From Hormiphora californensis (Eukaryota; Animalia; Ctenophora), in assembly GCA_020137815.1 (NCBI GenBank), contig CM035351.1, positions 1,240,001-1,304,000 of the forward strand: a DNA stretch of 64,000 bases, written 5' to 3'. Shown here piece after piece: positions 38,842 through 64,000 of this stretch. Position 1 is the first letter of the stretch. Each line of letters starts with the position of its first letter. The position numbers and the translations under genes are program-made. The notes below the pieces were generated by a model. It was not told the DNA's origin and ran no database searches. It worked only from the letters and a program-made list of their open reading frames with translations.

Positions 38842-39662
38842 GGAGTGAAGACATTAGAAATGTTTTTTGGTGACGCGTCAAAATAAACTGTGTGCACAGT
38901 ACACATGTGTATTGTGGTCGGGACCATTGCCATGTTTTTACCCAATGTATGATTGGAATTGAGAGTTAGAGAATATTTATCTAAAAAGTACCTGAAGTTT
39001 ACCCTATCACAACATGCTATAAAATTCACCATTTGACATTGGAAACTGTCTGAAAAGCGTCCTATGTGGGAATACAAAACTTGACTAAATTCTCCTGTGT
39101 ATCGGGTGCAAGTTTGTTTCATAGTAGTGTGTGTGTGTTTGAGTTTCAATTGAAATTGAATGAAGTGTAAATGGTTGTTTTGATTTTGTTTATCGTTAAC
39201 CCTAAACAATCGATCTTTTAAATACCCATATTGATTCAACCGACCCCAGACCCTTTTATCAAACATTGAAGCAAATATCCCTCTCCTCTCTCTCTATTCT
39301 TTATTGCATTTTAGCTCTCTCTAGTCTCTATTTTCTGGCAATATCTTTCACTCTTCTCTAATTTTAATTCTGCTTGGCTGCCCCTCAAATTGTCCCCTCT
39401 TTAATGCCTGCCCTTCTAATGGGTGCGCCAAATTTAGAAACTAAAAAGCAACCAATCAGCTGAATCCCATCACCGAATATTGGCATCACTTTTCAGCAAC
39501 TGCACTTTCACAACTGATCACTACTTTTACCAGCCAATTATAACTCTCTAATCCCTCTGTCATTATATAGGCTCTTTCCCTCTCTTTTAATTTTAAATAC
39601 CTCTCACCCACTCTCTCTCCCTAGAATGCTACCAGTGAAATACCCGTGATCAAGTATAGACC

Positions 39663-42232
<2,570 letters not shown>

Positions 42233-44415
42233 CGGTTACCCTGGCAACGAACAACCACCAGACTTGTGACGGTTACCCTGGCGACGAACAACCACCAGAC
42301 TTGTGACTGTTACCCTGGTAACGAACAACCACCCGACTTGTGACGGTTACCCTGGCAACGAACAACCACAAGACTTGTGACGGTTACCCTGGCAACAACA
42401 ACCACCAGACTTGTGACGGTTACCCTGGCAACGAACAACCACCAGACTTGTGACGGTTACCCTGGCAACGAGCAACCACCAGACTTGTGACGGTTACCCT
42501 GGTAACGAACAACCACCAGACTTGTGACGGTTACCCTGGCAACGAACAACCACCAGACTTGTGACGGTTAGCCTGGCAACAACAACCACCAGACTTGTGA
42601 CGGTTACCCTGGCAACGAACAACCACCAGACTTGTGACGGTTACCCTGGCAACGAACAACCACCAGACTTGTGACGGTTACCCTGGCAACGAACAGCCAC
42701 CAGACTTGTGACGGTTACCCTGGCAACGAACAACCACCAGACTTGTGACGGTTACCCTGGCAACGAACAACCACCAGACTTGTGACGGTTACCCTGGCAA
42801 CGAACAACCACCAGACTTGTGACGGTTAGCCTGGCAACAACAACCACCAGACTTGTGACGGTTACCCTGGCAACGAACAACCACCAGACTTGTGACGGTT
42901 ACCCTGGCAACGAACAACCACCAGACTTGTGACGGTTACCCTGGCAACGAACAACCACCAGACTTGTGACGGTTACCCTGGCAACGAACAACCACCAGAC
43001 TTGTGACGGTTACCCTGGCAACGAACAACCACCAGACTTGTGACGGTTACCCTGGCAACGAACAACCACCAGACTTGTGACGGTTACCCTGGCAACGAAC
43101 AACCACCAGACTTGTGACGGTTACCCTGGCAACGAACAACCACCAGACTTGTGACGGTTACCCTGGCAACGAACAACCACCAGACTTGTGACGGTTACCC
43201 TGGCAACGAACAACCACCAGACTTGTGACGGTTACCCTGGCAACGAACAACCACCAGACTTGTGACGGTTACCCTGGCAACGAACAAGCCACCAGACTTG
43301 TGACGGTTACCCTGGCAACGAACAACCACCAGACTTGTGACGGTTACCCTGGCAACGAACAACCACCAGACTTGTGACGGTTACCCTGGCAACGAAGCAA
43401 CCACCAGACTTGTGACGGTTACCCTGGCAACGAACAACCACCAGACTTGTGACGGTTACCCTGGCAACGAACAACCACCAGACTTGTGACGGTTACCCTG
43501 GCAACGAACAGCCACCAGACTTGTGACGGTTACCCTGGCAACGAACAACCACCAGACTTGTGACGGTTACCCTGGCAACGAACAGCCACCAGACTTGTGA
43601 CGGTTACCATGACAACGAACAACCACCAGACTTGTGACGGTTACCCTGGCAACAAACAACCACCTGACTTGTGACGGTTACCCTGGCAACGAACAACACC
43701 AGATAAATGTTGTATGCATGCGGGTAAGTTGAAACATGACACAATGCTGAATTGGAGTCTTGGCAATATTGGTTTTTTACTGGCGTCCATTATTTTAGGG
43801 CCGGGAGCTCCTCTTTATCTTCCAATCTTGATGTAAATATAACGTTTTAATAGTTGACCTAAATATATTCAATTTAAAGTCGTTTGTTCCTAGCATGTAC
43901 AAGTCCCCTCCCCCAGTTGTTTATTTTGCTAAATACCCTCATGACCCCCCGCTACCCTCACACTCATTCGAGCCCTTCCTTGGCATGACGGGGCAGGGGG
44001 AGATCAGAGAGAGATATATGGAGCAACATATAGAAAGAAAGAAGGGAGGGGATTGATAGAGAGAGGGAGTGGGAAGACTGAATGTTTTTTACCTGACCGT
44101 CCCAAGTCCCAACCCTTCCATCTTCTTCCAACCCTTACATGATTAAACACATTTCTTGCAACTATAGCAGGAGAGAAACATGGATGGATTGCAGAGAAAG
44201 AAGAAGAAGAAGAAACATATAATCTTGATGATATCTGGATACCTATATTCTACCTGATACCCTGATTATATTCTGTATTCACGATATGCTGCTATCCAGG
44301 AAGTGACGTCATTATCTCTGTTCCTTCTCGTTAGATGCAACAGGTGAGAATCAGTTAATTAACGACATTTACCCGACTTGTCAAATTAATTTCCCTTTTC
44401 GATGATCCTAGGTTG

Positions 44416-44460
<45 letters not shown>

Positions 44461-44724
44461 AGAGAGAGATATTGGGGAAAGAAAAGGAGCAAAATTCAGG
44501 AGGGGAGGATATTAGGCGAGACGCAGAGTTGTAAAATGCCTCACAGACAATTCAGAGACAACGAGGGGGGGGTTACTGCGACTTAAATACTCGGTGAAGC
44601 AATGAATTAAATAACATTTCATTTAATACTGCCGAAATACTGGTATCGTAATTCAGTGTTTTGAGGTTAACCTCTCTCCATGTGCTTTTAGCACTGCTCT
44701 GTCAGCCTGTTCTTCTCTGTGAGC

Positions 44725-45544
44725 AGGGTGTGCTATTTTTCCCAACTCATAAATCAAATCCAATTTTCACAAAGTTTACCCCTAGAATGAGTTCCTACGA
44801 TCATTCTAAAACATTTGGTAAAAAAATTTTAGTCCTACCCTGGCCCAATTACGTGGGCCGATGTATGCCCATATATGGGCATATTCATATCAAAAAATGT
44901 TTTTTGGGGCGTTATTTCGAAAAAACCACACATATGAATCGCCTCATGAGAACCAGTACAACCATTATTTCCAGTCTGCACCTTCAGAACTCCATTTTAT
45001 AATGAAAATTTTATTTTTTTTCATCTTTTTTTCTTGCACATTTTCCTACTTTGCAGTATTAGTTGAGACGAATTTTAACTTTTTGAGATTTTATTTGTCG
45101 GAAACCAAATTCCGGTTGTAACCGACTACTTTTGACCTGCTGAACACGATCCCGTTCATGAAAAAGCTCTCAAAATTGAAGAAAATGGCCAAAATGAACA
45201 TTTTTAGTCAAAAATGAACATTTTTGGTCCAAAATGAACATTTTCAGGTCAAAAATGACCTTTGGCTAACTTTCATGATACACATCCATTCTGATCGGTA
45301 TCAAACCGCTGAACACGACCCTGACCATAAAAAGTTGATATCAAGAACATGCCAAACACTGGTGTAAAACACACATATTTTCCTTTTTTCGGTAAAAAAT
45401 TAAACTTTTTTAATCGCCTGGCCCACGTAATTGACATACACTATCCCAATTCCGTTTTCAGGATGTAGTAGACAATTGTCCATAGTTTCATATCTACCCT
45501 TAACCTTTTGGCCAAGTCGACAAAATTTTCACTTAGCACACCCT
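44725..45544 (+). mobile_element. ~820-bp non-autonomous element with short TIRs (agggtgtgcta), hAT-like ends, copy A
   Basis: agggtgtgcta ... tagcacaccct; near-identical inverted copy at 56461-57278. Confidence 0.8.
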
Positions 45545-46695
45545 AGACTGAGCACTGACTACTGAGCGAAAGGGCTGTGAAAGAAGTCACTCTTTTCATC
45601 TCCGCAGTTACGGGCCCGGGGGTGCCGGGCTGGCTAGTGATTGAAGAAGAATTGTGAAGGAATAAACAGGGGTATTATAGTTGTAAGTTAGATCTCCCAA
45701 GTCCATTAAAACTCGAGTCATTCACTCTATTCAAGACACTACTACTATTGATGATTGTTTCTTTCCCTAGTAGTGACATATTGTAGTCTTCATTCCCGAC
45801 AGACCAGCAGGGGAGCTGCTCAAGTCAATTTGACCTTTTATTTAGTTTTATCAATGATCATCAATCGTATTGATTGTGTGGTATCATGGTTTTCACAGTA
45901 AAAAGTGGATACACTATATTGCTTTTGTGAATTTAATCGATAGAAAGAGGGGTAAAAGATAGATATGGGGGATGGTAAAGGAGCATAAGATCAGCGAGGG
46001 GAGGATATTTAGGCGAGACGTGGAGTTGTAAATACCTTTGAGACAACTGGGGGTTACTGCGAATTGGTCAAAGTTAATAATTAATATTATTTTTTGTATT
46101 TCTTATGTAATGCATGAATCATGATATCCTAAATCGGTTTCATCTTAGTTTATAACTATGAGCTACGGGGCAGTGGGCACCGGCCCTTGTATTTTCCGAG
46201 AGATGATTGGGGGGATGGAACTCTGGAGAAGTTTAGCTTGGCGATAGAGTTTCCATACAGTAGTCGTATTCTAGATGGGGAGAGGGTTGGAGAGGGGAGA
46301 ACATTTGCTTTTAGCACTGCTCTGTCAACCCGTTTTACTCAGTGAGCTATTGGATTGTAAATAAAAACATTTTTACCATGATCCTTGTTGTAAAAACGGT
46401 ATACTCCGTGGCCATCTCAATCCTTAAAACTTCATAGAAACTAGAAGAAGAAGAAGAAGAGGGAATGGTGATGATAAACTAGGCCGGGTATAATAGTTGT
46501 AAGTTAGATCTCCCAAGTCCATTAAAACATCGAGTCATTCACTCTATTCAAGGGTCACAGTACTACAGTTTGATTGTTGTTTCCTCAAATTATTGATACT
46601 GTAACCATCGAATATTCGAATGGTAATCGGCAAAAACTGGAGATTTAGAAGGGAAAGAGAGGAAAGGGAATGACAGAGAAAGATAGAGGGGGATC

Positions 46696-58775
<12,080 letters not shown>

Positions 58776-59408
58776 ATCTCTCCTAATGTGGAAATAACAA
58801 GAAACTCTCTTCTTACTGGGATTTGTACATACACACACAAGCTCTTTATCAGCTGAAGAGATGAAGAGATGTGATCTGCATGAAATGAACACTATGAGTG
58901 TGGGAAGATATATGCGATCTTTGTAGTGTGACTCGATCGTGTCAAAATGGCAGAAAAATGAGAGACAGATATATTCAGAGTTAAAGAAATAGTGAGGGGA
59001 AAGAGGAAGAGAGAGTGTGAGTGATATGAAGAGGGAGTGAGAGAGAAAGACAAAGAGACAAAGAGAGAGATACAGTTAATGAGTTAAAATCGTTGTCTAG
59101 ATGCGGCGGTTTGAGTCTGAGTCTGAGGCACGTCTTTTCTGTTTTGTAGATAACCTCAAAAGGTTCATAACAGCAATATAAGGCCCCCACAATATAATGA
59201 CATTTTAAATTTTATTTGTTTATTATAAATTTATTTGCCGTACACATTTCAAACTTGAGATAACTTGTTTTCGATGTTTCTCAAATATGGTTTGCTGGAA
59301 GAAGTTGGTCTCGAGGTCAGTATCTCTTTTCTCTTCAGTCGCTCGACACTGTGGCTCAATCAGCATTTCCTTCTCTGTACGACTCAACTTCAACGGTATA
59401 CCAGCAAT

Positions 59409-62400
59409 TTGTAACTGTTTGTGTAACTGTCACACACCGTGTATTGTGTAACTGTCACACACCGTGTATTATGTAACTGTCACACCGTGTATTGTGTAAC
59501 TGTCACACCGTGTATTGTGTAACTGTCACACCGTGTATTGTGTAACTGTCACACCGTGTATTGTGTAACTGTCACACACCGTGTATTGTGTAACTGTCAC
59601 ACTGTGTATTGTGTAACTGTCACACACCGTGTATTGTGTAACTGTCACACACTGTGTATTGTGTAACTGTCACACCGTGTATTGTGTAACTGTCACACCG
59701 TGTACTGTGTAACTGTCACACACTGTGTATTGTGTAACTGTCACACCGTGTATTGTGTAACTGTTTGTGTAACTGTCACACCGTGTATTGTGTAACTGTC
59801 ACACCGTGTATTGTGTAACTGTCACACACCGTGTATTGTGTAACTGTCACACCGTGTATTGTGTAACTGTCACACCGTGTATTGTGTAACTGTCACACCG
59901 TGTATTGTGTAACTGTCATACCGTGTATTGTGTAACTGTCACACCGTGTATTGTGTAACTGTCACACCGTGTACTGTGTAACTGTCACACACTGTGTATT
60001 GTGTAACTGTCACACCGTGTATTGTGTAACTATCACACCGTGTATTGTGTAACTATCACACTGTGTATTGTGTAACTGTCACACGCCGTGTATTGTGTAA
60101 CTGTCACACTGTGTATTGTGTAACTGTCACACCGTGTATTGTGTAACTGTCACACCGTGTATTGTGTAACTGTCACACCTTGTATTGTGTAACTGTCACA
60201 CACTGTGTATTGTGTAACTGTCACACCGTGTATTGTGTAACTGTCACACTGTGTATTGTGTAACTGTCACACCGTGTATTGTGTAACTGTCACACACCGT
60301 GTATTGTGTAACTGTCACACTGTGTATTGTGTAACTGTCACACCGTGTATTGTGTAACTGTCACACCGTGTATTGTGTTACTGTCACACACCGTGTATTG
60401 TGTAACTGTCACACCATGTATTGTGTAACTGTCACACCGTGTATTGTGTAACTGTCACACCATGTATTGTGTAACTGTCACACCATGTATTGTGTAACTG
60501 TCACACCGTGTATTGTGTAACTGTCACACCGTGTATTGTGTAACTGTCACACACTGTGTATTGTGTAACTGTAACACACCGTGTATTGTGTAACTGTCAC
60601 ACCGTGTATTGTGTAACTGTCACACCATGTATTGTGTAACTGTCACACCGTGTATTGTGCAACTGTCACACACCGTGTATTGTGTAACTGTCACATCGTG
60701 TATTGTGTAACTGTGTATTGTGTAACTGTCACACACTGTGTATTGTGTAACTGTCACACCGTGTATTGTGTAACTGTCACACACCGTGTATTGTGTAACT
60801 GTCACACTGTGTATTGTGTAACTGTCACACACCGTGTATTGTGTAACTGTCACACACTGTGTATTGTGTAACTGTCACACCGTGTATTGTGTAACTGTCA
60901 CACCGTGTACTGTGTAACTGTCACACACTGTGTATTGTGTAACTGTCACACCGTGTATTGTGTAACTGTTTGTGTAACTGTCACACCGTGTATTGTGTAA
61001 CTGTCACACCGTGTATTGTGTAACTGTCACACACCGTGTATTGTGTAACTGTCACACCGTGTATTGTGTAACTGTCACACCGTGTATTGTGTAACTGTCA
61101 CACCGTGTATTGTGTAACTGTCATACCGTGTATTGTGTAACTGTCACACCGTGTATTGTGTAACTGTCACACCGTGTACTGTGTAACTGTCACACACTGT
61201 GTATTGTGTAACTGTCACACCGTGTATTGTGTAACTGTTTGTGTAACTGTCACACCGTGTATTGTGTAACTGTCACACCGTGTATTGTGTAACTGTCACA
61301 CACCGTGTATTGTGTAACTGTCACACCGTGTATTGTGTAACTGTCACACCGTGTATTGTGTAACTGTCACACTGTGTATTGTGTTACTGTCACACCTTGT
61401 ATTGTGTAACTGTCACACACTGTGTATTGTGTAACTGTCACACACTGTGTATTGTGTAACTGTCACACCGTGTATTGTGTAACTGTCACACCGTGTATTG
61501 TGTAACTGTCACACCGTGTATTGTGTAACTGTCACACCGTGTATTGTGTAACTGTCACACACCGTGTATTGTGTAACTATCACACCGTGTATTGTGTAAC
61601 TGTCACACACCGTGTATTGTGTAACTGTCACACCGTGTATTGTGTAACTGTCACACCGTGTATTGTGTAACTGTCACATCGTGTATTGTGTAACTGTCAC
61701 ACACCGTGTATTGTGTAACTGTCACACCGTGTATTGTGTAACTGTCACACCGTGTATTGTGTAACTGTCACACTGTGTATTGTGTGACTGTCACACCGTG
61801 TATTGTGTAACTGTCACACCGTGTATTGTGTAACTGTCACACCGTGTATTGTGTAACTGTCACACACCGTGTATTGTGTAACTGTCACATCGTGTATTGT
61901 GCAACTGTCACACCGCGTATTGTGTAACTGTCACATCTTGTATTGTGTAACTGTCACACACCGTGTATTGTGTAACTGTCACATCTTGTATTGTGTAACT
62001 GTCACACCGTGTATTGTGTAACTGTCACACCGTGTATTGTGTAACTGTCACACCGTGTATTGTGTAACTGTCACACTGTGTATTGTGTGACTGTCACACC
62101 GTGTATTGTGTAACTGTCACACCGTGTATTGTGTAACTGTCACACCGTGTATTGTGTAACTGTCACACACCGTGTATTGTGTAACTGTCACATCGTGTAT
62201 TGTGCAACTGTCACACCGCGTATTGTGTAACTGTCACATCTTGTATTGTGTAACTGTCACACACCGTGTATTGTGTAACTGTCACATCTTGTATTGTGTA
62301 ACTGTCACACCGTGTATTGTGTAACTGTCACACCGTGTATTGTGTAACTGTCACACATCGTGTATTGTGTAACTGTCACACATTGTATTGTGTAACTGTC

Positions 62401-62776
62401 ACACCGTGTATTGTGTAACTGTCACACCGTGTATTGTGTAACTGTCACACCGTGTATTGTGTAACTGTCACACCGTGTGTTGTGTAACTATCACACCGTG
62501 TATTATGTAACTGTCACACTGTGTATTGTGTAACTGTCACACCGTGTATTATGTAACTGTCACACACCGTGTATTGTGTAACTGTCACACTGTGTATTGT
62601 GTAACTGTCACACCGTGTATTGTGTAACTGTCACACTGTGTATTGTGTAACTGTCACACCGTGTACTGTGTAACTGTCATACCGTGTATTGTGTAACTGT
62701 CACACCGTGTATTGTGTAACTGTTGCACCGTGTATTGTGTAACTGTCACACACCTTGTATCATTGTGTAACTGTCA
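59409..62776. repeat. ~3.4-kb satellite of 23/25-bp units
   Basis: ctgtcaca(ca)ccgtgtattgtgtaa in tandem; variant blocks recur, suggesting higher-order structure. Confidence 0.97.
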
Positions 62777-63002
62777 GAACACGTTAAGGCCAGGGACGAC
62801 CTCCCTACCATTCTAATCCTATCCATGATCCACTAAAAGATAAACACGGTATCTCATGGGTTGTTTAACATACTAATAGAAAGTCAGTTGACACAATCAC
62901 AACACTATACATGCTCTGTGTTACACACTACATAACATTGCTATTTACATATATCGCTACATAAGTTAATCACAAGTTTAGCTAAATAACCCGGTATCTA
63001 TA

Positions 63003-63731
63003 ATAGTAGGGTCGGTTGTGGGAAGTTGGGTCTGGAATTTTAAATTTGACTTGCTGATATGATTAGGGACTCTATAAAAAGTCCAAAGTACCATCCCACA
63101 GGTCTCTACCACCCCCGGTTCACTAATTAGTCGTAATTATGTGATTTATGACGTTATCGCCAATTAGCACTAATAATACCAGTTCCTGGTCACTTAGAGC
63201 TTAGATTTTGATACCAGCTGATAGAGGATCACTAGATTAGTGGGCATTCAAAATTTTAGGTCGATCGGAGTTATGGTCGAGGAGTTATAACCGTTTTTCC
63301 GTTTGGCTGGCGGTTGGCTGGCACCACGTGGGATTACGGGTTTAGGTCGTCGTGGGAGGTCGTCATTGGTCGCGTTCGATCGGGCTCGATGAGGTGATCA
63401 AAACCTAGTGGGGCCAGACCTTGGCCCCACCCCGTTCTTGGGTTATTGGGCTTTTTCGGTTTCCCGCCAAAATATTTTCCCGCCAAAACCGAAAAAATCT
63501 AGTGATCCTCTATCAGCTGGTATCAAAATCTAAGCTCTAAGTGACCAGGAACTGGTATTATTAGTGCTAATTGGCGATAACGTCATAAATCACATAATTA
63601 CGACTAATTAGTGAACCGGGGGTGGTAGAGACCTGTGGGATGGTACTTTGGACTTTTTATAGAGTCCCTAATCATATCAGCAAGTCAAATTTAAAATTCC
63701 AGACCCAACTTCCCACAACCGACCCTACTAT
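63003..63731. mobile_element. Palindromic MITE with ~235-bp apparently perfect TIRs
   Basis: atagtagggtcggttgtggg...gatcactagatt (63003-~63238) mirrors aatctagtgatc...ccgaccctactat (~63497-63731). Confidence 0.88.
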
Positions 63732-64000
63732 AAGACTCAGTCTATACTATCTAAACTCTCTACTTGATCAGCCTGTGTGTCACTAGATGAGTACTACAGT
63801 AGTATGTCTGTGTCAGAACTCAATTGACCACATGGGGTACTAAAGATCTGGCGCTGCCAGACAGTGATATACTTTGATAAGTCCACTGTGCGCTTCAATA
63901 AATATATAAACAGTCTTTAAGGGTACACCTGGCGTTTTTCATCATCGAGTGCCCAACCAAATGACTTCACCAGGGTTTAGGCCATACAAAATGGACCTCA

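Noticed and set aside
60620-60871. Cys/His-rich ORFs resembling metal-binding proteins
   Set aside because: Chance open frames within the 23/25-bp satellite.

Overview
Eukaryotic, non-bilaterian animal DNA; a ctenophore such as Pleurobrachia/Hormiphora is my inference from the compact genes, the splice acceptors before start codons and a repeat family I recognise. From left to right: a CR1-type LINE 3' fragment and MITEs; a tight same-strand, nearly intronless cluster (GTF2H1, DDX47, MRPS9, adrenodoxin-type ferredoxin, an unknown gene) in which each ATG follows a pyrimidine tract plus AG, resembling a trans-spliced operon; an inverted duplicate pair of TMEM68-like acyltransferases; about 10 kb of nested mobile DNA (a TIR element containing an L2-type LINE containing a CR1-type LINE); two independent insertions of a CRE-like RT/RLE retrotransposon with poly(C) tails and 11-bp target duplications; SEC13, whose 6-kb intron holds two tandem same-strand receptor genes with expanded cytoplasmic YxxM arrays; RNase H1 with two hybrid-binding domains, a repeat-derived intron and a 37-bp array built from its own stop region; an Islet LIM-homeobox gene; a 3.4-kb satellite; and a palindromic MITE. 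The many single-base frameshifts in housekeeping genes are probably assembly errors. Coordinates were read by eye and may be a few bases off.
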